Assembly: GCA_043732185.1 (NCBI GenBank)
Contig: JAYTHY010000018.1
Coordinates: forward strand, 1-15,843
Source: Fibrobacteria bacterium
GTDB taxonomy: Bacteria > Fibrobacterota > Fibrobacteria > UBA11236
Reading direction: 5' to 3'
Length of the DNA stretch: 15,843 nt
Part shown: positions 1 through 7,155 of the stretch, in pieces
Position numbering within the stretch: position 1 is the first letter of the stretch
How the letters are laid out: every line of letters begins with the position of its first letter
Notes under the pieces: generated by a model
What the model was told of the DNA's origin: nothing
Databases searched by the model: none
What the model saw: the letters and a program-made list of their open reading frames with translations, nothing else
Translations under genes and position numbers: made by a program

Positions 1-2
1 TA

Positions 3-596
3 AAAGCTCGGCCCTTAGTCGGAAATTTTACAATGGCGAGTGAGATGGTAGAATTTATTCAACGGCTGGCAGTCTCCCCGCTGAACCGAGAAAAAATCGA
101 AGTCAGTATGCAACAGATTCGCAAACTGGGTTTGGAAAAATTGCGCCAGGAGGACCGCCTATTTACCGAGGTGAAACTCGGACCGGGCGGGATTCGCACA
201 ATCGAATTCTATGCACAATACCAGCAAATCCTGCATGGACAGGACCATCCAGAACTCATCTCTGGAAATACATTATCCGTTTTGGGTCGACTGTTTCGCT
301 ATCGGTTGATCAGCCATACCTATTATGACTTGCTGAGCAAGAGCTACACGTTCCTTCGGCGCATCGAGCATGTTTTGCAATTACAGGGCCTGCAGCAGCG
401 TCATGAGCTACCGACCTCTCCGGATGAATTGGAAAAATTGTCCAAACGGATGGGCTTTGAAGAGCGTGCAGGGCAAACTGCATCGTCTCAATTCAGGTCC
501 CGTTATCGTCAACACATGCTGCCTTTGCTGGAAGTTTCCAGCGCTTTATTCGCATACGAAACTAATATTCCCGGTGAATCTGAGGAGAAAAAATGA
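3..596 (+). CDS. glnE: Glutamine synthetase adenylyltransferase/adenylyl-removing enzyme GlnE, C-terminal fragment (5'-truncated by window edge)
   Basis: The frame is open from base 3 (KARPLVGNFT precedes the M at 33, matching the GlnE KAR-x-x-x-G motif). Contains VKLGPGGIRTIEFYAQYQQ (GlnE K-x-x-x-GGIRxIEF), NTLSVL and YTFLRRIEHVLQL...QRHELP. TGA overlaps the next ATG (ATGA 593-596). Confidence 0.92.
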   Translation, partial: KARPLVGNFTMASEMVEFIQRLAVSPLNREKIEVSMQQIRKLGLEKLRQEDRLFTEVKLGPGGIRTIEFYAQYQQILHGQDHPELISGNTLSVLGRLFRYRLISHTYYDLLSKSYTFLRRIEHVLQLQGLQQRHELPTSPDELEKLSKRMGFEERAGQTASSQFRSRYRQHMLPLLEVSSALFAYETNIPGESEEKK

Positions 597-1390
597 ATAA
601 ACGTCAGGGTCCGCCGGGCCAAAACGATAGACGACCGGTTCGCCCTTTTCAAAAACAAAAGCGCTTAGCGGCCCCACCTTCCAAACTTGAATTGGGAAGA
701 TTGATGACCCTCTATGGCGTCCCGTTACCCGCCCCAACTTTAGACAAGCTCTGGGCCTATCATCAACTTCTGCGTGCAAACAATGGGGACCAAGATTTGA
801 CCCGCCTTATCGGGTTCGATACGATCGCCCAGCGCCATTATGCAGATTGTATGATCCTGCAAGGGATTATGCGAGGCAAGTGGCCTTCGTCGCTGGTTGA
901 TGTGGGTAGTGGCGCTGGCTTCCCTGGCATTATGATCAAATTGATGTCACCGGGAACGACAATTGTGCTCGCTGAACCCAGGCCGCGCCGAGTACAATTC
1001 CTGGAAATGGTAATCAAAGAATTGGGCCTACGCGGTATCAGTGTGTTTGGGCATAAAGTCACTTCGAGGAGTCTGACTCGACCTTTCGGCGGAGTGATTA
1101 CGCGCGCTTTTGAAACCATAGAGAGCACATTGCCACGCTTGGGCGGCTGCCTGGGAGTCGGTGGCAAAGCGATATTTATGAAAGGGCCCAAGGCAGCGGA
1201 AGAAGTAGCCGCTTTCAATAATGACGAATACCGGATTCTGCGAAATCACGCCTATCGGATTCCCAATACCACACAGGACCGTGTGTTGGTGGTTCTGGAA
1301 CGCACTAAAGTTCCGGCAGCGGGGACTGGCAGCGTCTACACCCCAGAGCAAGAAGCTGATTTTGCGGGTTCGGACTCCGAAGGTGGGTAA
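593..1390 (+). CDS. rsmG: 16S rRNA (guanine(527)-N7)-methyltransferase RsmG/GidB
   Basis: DLTRL...RHYAD (NLT...H-x-x-D equivalent), DVGSGAGFPGI SAM motif, RRVQFL, VITRAF, FMKG and C-terminal R-VLVV all follow the GidB pattern. SD-like GAGGAG at about 582-587. Confidence 0.9.
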   Translation: MNKRQGPPGQNDRRPVRPFQKQKRLAAPPSKLELGRLMTLYGVPLPAPTLDKLWAYHQLLRANNGDQDLTRLIGFDTIAQRHYADCMILQGIMRGKWPSSLVDVGSGAGFPGIMIKLMSPGTTIVLAEPRPRRVQFLEMVIKELGLRGISVFGHKVTSRSLTRPFGGVITRAFETIESTLPRLGGCLGVGGKAIFMKGPKAAEEVAAFNNDEYRILRNHAYRIPNTTQDRVLVVLERTKVPAAGTGSVYTPEQEADFAGSDSEGG

Positions 1391-2132
1391 CCGCAAAGAG
1401 ACGCTGGCCGCCATGTTGGCCGAGCAGGGATTTGGTTCGCGAAAAGAATGCGGGCGTTTGGTATGGGCGGGATTGGTCGAAATAGGTTATCAGGATGGAG
1501 CAGACCTGGTTTGGCGGAAAGCGGAATTGCCGAATGAAGCCCTTAATCCCGAAGGCTTGTTTCTACGGGTGGATGGATTGACCCTGCCCTATTTCAAAAA
1601 AATGTATATCGCCATGCATAAACCAGTAGATACGGAATGCAGCCATGCTCCATCCCATTATCCCAGTATTTTTTCACTCTTACCAGAACCCTTTCTAAAT
1701 CGGGGTATCGAAGCGGTAGGGCGTTTGGATGCCGATACCACGGGACTTATACTGCTTACGGACTCGGGGCCCTTCAATCATTTTTTTACTTCACCTAAGC
1801 GGCATGTGCCCAAAACATATCGCGTCGGTGCCAAACACCCCATCACTCCTGAGCAAAAGACCAAATTGGAAGCGGGCGTCACGCTTCGCAGTGAAACGGT
1901 GCCAACGCTTCCTGCCAAAATCAAACTCATTGGTGACAAGGAATGCGAAATGACTTTAGAGGAGGGCAAGTACCATCAAGTCAAACGGATGTTTGGAGCC
2001 GTAGGCAATCGCGTGGAATCGATTCACCGCGTTGCAATAGGAAACTTTCGACTTGAGACCACGCTGGAATCCGGCGGATGGCGATTTTTGGAAGCGGACG
2101 ATCTTACCGCATTGGGATTTAAGGGGATATGA
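1383..2132 (+). CDS. rsuA: RsuA-family pseudouridine synthase (probable 16S rRNA psi516 synthase)
   Basis: S4-like N-terminus (LAEQGFGSRKEC), MHKP, catalytic GRLDADTTGLILLT, SPKRHVPKTY, EGKYHQVKRMF and HRVAIG. Start re-assigned to GTG at 1383 (overlapping the rsmG stop) instead of the track start at 1221. Confidence 0.88.
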   Translation: MGNRKETLAAMLAEQGFGSRKECGRLVWAGLVEIGYQDGADLVWRKAELPNEALNPEGLFLRVDGLTLPYFKKMYIAMHKPVDTECSHAPSHYPSIFSLLPEPFLNRGIEAVGRLDADTTGLILLTDSGPFNHFFTSPKRHVPKTYRVGAKHPITPEQKTKLEAGVTLRSETVPTLPAKIKLIGDKECEMTLEEGKYHQVKRMFGAVGNRVESIHRVAIGNFRLETTLESGGWRFLEADDLTALGFKGI

Positions 2133-2135
2133 TCC

Positions 2136-3263
2136 ATGTCTGGTGAAAAAGAATCGACTCCGGAAGCCAAGGATGGATTGACTGGAAATCCAGATACCGA
2201 TCCGGCAGCCAAATTGTTAATGGATGCGCCACTCGAAGGACGCGAACGTCTGCTCTTAATCGAAGGTGGCTGTGGACGCCTGGCTGCGCATTTCGCGCCA
2301 CGATTTAAGCAAGTCATCAATCAAAATATGCTGTACCGCAACCACCGTATTGCGCAGGAGATGTTAACCGAAAAAATGATCTCCAATGTCGTTTGCCAAT
2401 TGAGCGACATCCCCAACTCCAGCCCGGTTGGCGACGTGCCACCTGTACCCTTTGATGAAATCATTTTTAGACTAGGACGAGGAACGGCTCTAATCAATGC
2501 CGCCCTTATTGAAGCGTTCAACCTTTTGCGCGTGGGTGGCAGTCTTTGGGTATCCGGACACAAGCAAGAAGGCATTAAAAGTTTTGCGAAAAGGGCCGAA
2601 GCCCATTTTGGCAATGCGCATCTGCTCCGAATTAAATCCTCCTGCCGGTTATTAAAATTCCAAAAGATAGCGGACCAACCAGCAACACCTCTGGAGGGTG
2701 CAGGCTATTTTACCTACGGGGACTTGGAGATCGAAATTCCAAAATTGGGCACGCTGGTTTATTCCAGTAAACCAGGTGTTTTTTCCTACCGGGCCACGGA
2801 TATCGGCACGGCATTATTGGCTAAATATTTACCGGATTGCACTGGTTTGACTGTTCTGGATTTAGGCTGCGGGAGTGGCGTCCTGTCTTTAGCCGCCTGT
2901 AAATTAGGCGCCAATTCCGTATTAGCGGCAGACGTCAACGTTGTTGCCACAACTTGCGCCACGTATAATTTCGATCGTTACCAGGTACCCGCTGCTTCAC
3001 TCTGCACAAATCTTACCGAGGGCATCGAGGGAGAATTTGATATGGTCTTTTCCAATCCGCCCTTTCATCATGGAAGTGAAACGGACTTTTCCTTCCCAGG
3101 AAAGATTCTGGATGCCATTCTGCCGAAGCTGAAAACAGGTGGAACCGTCTTTCTTGTGGCCAATCGATTTTTAAACTACATGACCCAAGCAGCCTCCCGC
3201 TTCCAATCAACGGAAGTTTTAAGCCGAGAACATGGGTATTGTGTGTACCGGTTCGTGAAATAG
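2136..3263 (+). CDS. rsmC: Class I SAM-dependent rRNA guanine-N2 methyltransferase, RsmC/RlmG (MTS) family, most like RsmC
   Basis: Two-domain layout: degenerate N-domain with GHKQEGIKS, and catalytic C-domain with PGVFS...DIGTALL, VLDLGCGSGVL, SNPPFH and LVANRFL. SD-like AAGGGGA at 2121-2127. Substrate (RsmC vs RlmG) is not certain. Confidence 0.72.
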   Translation: MSGEKESTPEAKDGLTGNPDTDPAAKLLMDAPLEGRERLLLIEGGCGRLAAHFAPRFKQVINQNMLYRNHRIAQEMLTEKMISNVVCQLSDIPNSSPVGDVPPVPFDEIIFRLGRGTALINAALIEAFNLLRVGGSLWVSGHKQEGIKSFAKRAEAHFGNAHLLRIKSSCRLLKFQKIADQPATPLEGAGYFTYGDLEIEIPKLGTLVYSSKPGVFSYRATDIGTALLAKYLPDCTGLTVLDLGCGSGVLSLAACKLGANSVLAADVNVVATTCATYNFDRYQVPAASLCTNLTEGIEGEFDMVFSNPPFHHGSETDFSFPGKILDAILPKLKTGGTVFLVANRFLNYMTQAASRFQSTEVLSREHGYCVYRFVK

Positions 3264-3276
3264 TATAAAATCGGTA

Positions 3277-3306
3277 TTGCCCCGGGTTTTCATGGGGTGA
3301 TAAAAT
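3277..3306 (+). promoter_or_regulatory. Candidate sigma70-type promoter with extended -10
   Basis: TTGCCC (3277-3282), 18-nt spacer, TG-n (3298-3300), TAAAAT (3301-3306). It lies 7 nt upstream of ATG 3314, in the only sizeable plus-strand intergenic gap. Confidence 0.5.
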
Positions 3307-3313
3307 AACCACC

Positions 3314-4615
3314 ATGAGATGGTACCGCGCAGGTTTCCCGTGCCTGCTGTTTATGGCCCTTTTAGGCGGCGGATGCAATCTATTTACCGACACTGCCGGC
3401 ATTGGAGCAAAATCCGCCGACGAACATATTCTGGAAGGCCAGATCCTACTTCAAAAAGCCAAGTATACCGAGGCAGAATCCCATTTCCTGACAGCTATCA
3501 ATCTCGATTCCTCCAAATCGGAGGGGTATTATGGGGCTGCCAAATGCGAACTCCTGAACCAGCATATCAATATGTTCAAATTGGTGCAGTCCTTTCAGGA
3601 AAATGATGGCAAGAGCATCCCCTTTTTGGGCGAACCCGATTCCGTCAAAGACAAGATTTATGTAGCCAATAACGGCATCAATCGGTATTTAAACATTTTG
3701 GTGGACAGGGAGAAAGCCGGAAAAAGCGATGGTAAGGTTCCCGTCCGCAGCTTTTCCGCCGACTTTGCGCTATCTTCGGCCATTGAAGCCATTCTCTCCT
3801 TAGCCGATTTCAATAGCGACGGTCGTATCGATTTTCGGGACAATATCCTCAATGGAATCATCGATTTCACCGACCCAAGCAAACTCAATCCCGACAGCAT
3901 CATGGCCAACATCGCGGATTTGAAAAACGACACTATAAAAATAGCGGCCCTCAACAACCTATTAGGAAAATCCCAGGAGCTGTTGGCGAAGAGTGACAAG
4001 GCCATCGACCTTTTTCTGAATTCCGTTCTGGATAAATCAGACACCTTGGGCAACTGCCCACCCTCGGATACAGTTTGTCAAAAATTACACCAGCAAACGG
4101 CCGGACTCGACAAGGATAAAGTCGGTGATTCAGCCATTGTGCAAGTCAAGAAATTCATCCAGGACGCGGGTTCAACCATGCTTATTTACAAAGTCTTTGA
4201 TCGGGAAGACAATGACGGCGACGGCTGCATTGACGAGGAATTTCTGGACGGCATCGACAATGATGGTGACGGGAAAATCGATGAAGACTCCCGTGGTGCG
4301 CCTGATTCCTTAGGTAACGCGCATTTCTATGCAGATAAGGACGGCGCCGATAACAATCTGAATGGCAAAAATGATGAAACTGCAGAGGCGGAATTTCATC
4401 TTCGCTATCTTAAATCCTTTGAGGTGGTTCCACTGCTATTGCATCCCGATCGCAAAGGCCAAATTTTCTGGTCCGCGGGTGGAACCGGAGGTTTGGATAC
4501 CCGAAAAGTGGTTTTGGTAATGCTCGATTCCACTGCAACTCCCAAGCTTGTCGATTCCGTAACCACTTTCGATTTGTGTACAGGTCCCGTAACGGGTTTT
4601 AAGAAGGCCAAATAA
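3314..4615 (+). CDS. Putative lipoprotein with an N-terminal TPR-like segment and several DxDxDG Ca-binding motifs
   Basis: Signal MRWYR-hydrophobic-LLGGG-C21. TPR-like GQILLQKAKYTEAESHFLTAINLDSSKSEGYYGAAKC. Acidic motifs DFNSDGRIDFRD, DNDGDGCIDEE, DGIDNDGDGKIDED, DGADNNLNGKNDE. Confidence 0.75.
   Translation: MRWYRAGFPCLLFMALLGGGCNLFTDTAGIGAKSADEHILEGQILLQKAKYTEAESHFLTAINLDSSKSEGYYGAAKCELLNQHINMFKLVQSFQENDGKSIPFLGEPDSVKDKIYVANNGINRYLNILVDREKAGKSDGKVPVRSFSADFALSSAIEAILSLADFNSDGRIDFRDNILNGIIDFTDPSKLNPDSIMANIADLKNDTIKIAALNNLLGKSQELLAKSDKAIDLFLNSVLDKSDTLGNCPPSDTVCQKLHQQTAGLDKDKVGDSAIVQVKKFIQDAGSTMLIYKVFDREDNDGDGCIDEEFLDGIDNDGDGKIDEDSRGAPDSLGNAHFYADKDGADNNLNGKNDETAEAEFHLRYLKSFEVVPLLLHPDRKGQIFWSAGGTGGLDTRKVVLVMLDSTATPKLVDSVTTFDLCTGPVTGFKKAK
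4208..4378 (+). repeat. Three short acidic peptide repeats D(G-x-D)N(D/N)x(D/N)G-x-x-DE
   Basis: DNDGDGCIDEE (about 4208-4240), DGIDNDGDGKIDED (about 4247-4288) and DGADNNLNGKNDE (about 4340-4378). They resemble the DGxDNxCDGxxDE metal-binding repeat (MopE-like, PF11617-type). Confidence 0.7.
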
Positions 4616-5734
4616 ATGCGCCCGTCAGCAGCCATTGGATTTTGTTTGTTCACAGTCTGTACTGTGTCTGCTGTGCGTGGACCTCAATATTTGAGCGGCC
4701 GGGCCTTGGGAATGGGCAATGCCTTTGTCGGCCTTTCGGATGACTATAGCGGCATCTATTACAATCCGGCCGGCCTGGCGCATCTGAATACCGCCATGGA
4801 CGCAGGTATGGCCCTCAAATTCGACCTAGGTGATTTTTTTGGCATCGCCGGTGACGGATTGAATATCGCCGGTGCGCACACTAACAGCCTTACTAGCTTA
4901 GACAGCATGGCCGGCGACAACACCATTGTCGACGACATCATGATTTTCGACCGCAGGCAAATCGGCTTCGGAACCATGCCTGAAATGCATTTTGCAGCAC
5001 GTAGCAGCGACCCGGATTTTCCAATAGGAGTCGGTGCGGCGTGGTTCTTGGGATCCCAAGGTCGTTTCATGCTAGACAAGGGCATCTATATTCCATCCGC
5101 GCACGCGCTGGTACGCACCGATCTGGTATTTAAACTGGCCGGTGCTGTGGAACCGCTGCCGGGCTTATGCGTAGGACTGTCACCGACTCTGGCAACCTAC
5201 AGCACTTTTTCGCAATCGCTTTCCCTTCAGGAATATTCCACGGCGGCAGACACATTATCAGCCCGTATTGATAGAGAAAAGGCAAAAATTTACCGTCCTG
5301 GTTTTGGATTAGGCTTTACCGGTGGAGTCCTCTACGATATCATCCCAACAGAACTTAAGGTGGGCGCAGTTGCGTACAATCTTTTTCTCACTATGGATAA
5401 GGATCAGGTTCCGGTTACGTACAGCCTAGGCCTGGCCTACCTACCAGCGATTCTGAGAAAACAAGGCATGCTGCGCTATGTGAATTTCGATCTTGATATC
5501 GAAGATGTTTTTGGACCTGGGTATTTTTTGGGAAAACTGAACATGGGTGCAGAAATGAATCTGAGTTTGGCGCAATTGCGCGGTGGATTCAAGGGAGGCT
5601 ACCCGTGTTATGGACTGGTGCTCAACCTACTCATGGTGCAGATGGAATTTACTTCATGGGCTGAAGAAGCGGGCCTATACGTGGGCCAACTCGAAGATCG
5701 GCACTACTTAATGGGTCTTCGGCTGGGAATTTAA
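4616..5734 (+). CDS. Outer-membrane beta-barrel, FadL/PorV/'TraF-like' superfamily
   Basis: Sec signal peptide. N-terminal plug motif GRALGMGNAFVGLSDDYSGIYYNPAGLA. Amphipathic beta-strands, ending HYLMGLRLGI. ATG directly abuts the lipoprotein stop (TAAATG). Confidence 0.8.
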   Translation: MRPSAAIGFCLFTVCTVSAVRGPQYLSGRALGMGNAFVGLSDDYSGIYYNPAGLAHLNTAMDAGMALKFDLGDFFGIAGDGLNIAGAHTNSLTSLDSMAGDNTIVDDIMIFDRRQIGFGTMPEMHFAARSSDPDFPIGVGAAWFLGSQGRFMLDKGIYIPSAHALVRTDLVFKLAGAVEPLPGLCVGLSPTLATYSTFSQSLSLQEYSTAADTLSARIDREKAKIYRPGFGLGFTGGVLYDIIPTELKVGAVAYNLFLTMDKDQVPVTYSLGLAYLPAILRKQGMLRYVNFDLDIEDVFGPGYFLGKLNMGAEMNLSLAQLRGGFKGGYPCYGLVLNLLMVQMEFTSWAEEAGLYVGQLEDRHYLMGLRLGI

Positions 5735-5772
5735 TCGGTGATTTTTTACCTGGGCGGCTGGGCTTGGCTCAG

Positions 5773-6783
5773 TTAGCGGCTTAGATTGAAGCCTACCCGT
5801 ACGTTGTTATTCTGCTCAAAATTATAAACCCATTCATACGACATATCCACCGCCAGGCGCATTCCCAAATAGCGATAGTTGATACCACTTCCCAATGAGA
5901 AGCGATGTGAGGCTTCGTTGGTGAAGAGATTTCTGGCATACCCTATCCTCATGGCCAGAAGATCGTGCACGTATGCTTTTGCCCAGGAATCCGGGAGCAA
6001 ATCAAAAGGAACTATTTCAACACCGGATGCAAGTCGAGATCGGCCGTCATGATACAGGGTCGGTTCGAAGTCGACAACCAAATCGATAAAGGGATCTGGG
6101 TCGAAAAGAATTCCATACTTGAGGGATACCGGAACATATTCGGCATATTTGCCTAAAGTGGAATTCACCTCATTCCGGGTGTCCCAGGAAATCCGGGAAA
6201 GAATATCCTTCATGGCTATACCCAATACATATTTTGGACCAAAGGGCTGCACGGTCGCGCCGATATCAAAACCAAGCAATCCAAGTGCGGTACCGGAAAC
6301 TTGATGTCCCATCGTGGTTTCATTGTCACGGAATTCCGTGCCGCCCTCGCCAGTACCGGCGAAGCGTAGTTTGTAATTGCCGCCCAAGTGTACCCAACCT
6401 TTATTGATGGCCACTCCCAATAGCACTTCATTTTCGGAATAGACTGCATCGCCGTTTTGCAGCCAAGCTGCACCGAGCACAAAAGGATGATTGGGCAGTC
6501 GATAGGTGCCGGAAGTGAAATGATACGGCACCAAACTATACATATTGGAATAATAGTAGCCGCCGGTCCACTTCTCCGTTACAGCCATGGCAGCCGGATT
6601 GTAAATGATTGCTTCCGCACCAGTGGGCGCTGCGGTTTGAGCGCCAGCCAATCCCGTTCCGCGGCCACCTATGGCTATGGGCGCGAATGCTCCGGGGTTT
6701 CCGGAAACATCCACACCCCAAACCGGTGCAATCGCCAGCAAGAAAACCGGTATCAGCCATCCAATTTTTAAGAAAGGGATCAT
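5773..6783 (-). CDS. PorV/PorQ-family outer-membrane beta-barrel
   Basis: Signal peptide (MIPFLKIGWLIPVFLLAIAPVWG). Motif FAPIAIGGRGTGLAGAQTA...AIIYNPAAM. Strands such as GFDIGA, LGIAMKDI, PVSLKYGI, LAMRIGY, FSLGSGI and VDMSY. 336 aa. ATGA overlap with the giant gene stop. Confidence 0.8.
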   Translation of the reverse strand: MIPFLKIGWLIPVFLLAIAPVWGVDVSGNPGAFAPIAIGGRGTGLAGAQTAAPTGAEAIIYNPAAMAVTEKWTGGYYYSNMYSLVPYHFTSGTYRLPNHPFVLGAAWLQNGDAVYSENEVLLGVAINKGWVHLGGNYKLRFAGTGEGGTEFRDNETTMGHQVSGTALGLLGFDIGATVQPFGPKYVLGIAMKDILSRISWDTRNEVNSTLGKYAEYVPVSLKYGILFDPDPFIDLVVDFEPTLYHDGRSRLASGVEIVPFDLLPDSWAKAYVHDLLAMRIGYARNLFTNEASHRFSLGSGINYRYLGMRLAVDMSYEWVYNFEQNNNVRVGFNLSR

Positions 6784-7155
6784 TTCAGCATCACCACTTT
6801 CTTCAAGTATTCCTTGCTGCCTTGTCCATCCTTTACAATTAGCTTAATCAGATAGCGTCCATTTCGACATGCCAGTCCCTTGCTATCATGCCCATCCCAT
6901 ACATAGGGTCCTAAGGCATTTCGCCGATCGGAAGAATTCAGTGCAGCTTTTTTTAGACCCGGTTTGACCACATCCCCTTTGCTTAATTGCGATTCATGGC
7001 TTTCGTAAACCTTGTCTCCCATCATATTGTAAACCTCGACACGTACACCAACTTGACTGGAGACATCGGATGAAACTTTATAGCTGAGCTGCAAGCCCCA
7101 AGGATCCTCGGAAGAAAAGGGATTCGGTGCAAAGGTGAAATCATAGGCACCTAGA
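6780..7155 (-). other. C-terminal sorting-like domain (T9SS CTD / FlgD-Ig-like)
   Basis: FAPNPFS, VRVEVYNMMGDKV, YVWDGHDSKG, NGRYLIKLIV, terminal KKVVMLK. Confidence 0.75.

Noticed and set aside
1221..1382. 54-aa N-terminal extension of the RsuA ORF in the track
   Set aside because: It overlaps rsmG out of frame and has no RsuA similarity. Family homology starts near GTG 1383.
4616..5734. Conjugative element suggested by the TraF-like barrel
   Set aside because: No relaxase, T4SS, integrase or att-like repeats. The flanks are housekeeping and envelope genes.
5735..5772. Possible terminator between the convergent barrels (CTGGGC twice, CTGGGC-TTG-GCTCAG stem, T6 run)
   Set aside because: The stem is short and the T run lies upstream of it on the plus strand (an A run on the minus), so neither strand has hairpin-then-U-tract geometry.
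370..6842. Short alternative-frame and antisense ORFs over the housekeeping and barrel genes
   Set aside because: They overlap well-supported CDSs entirely or largely and show no protein-family features.
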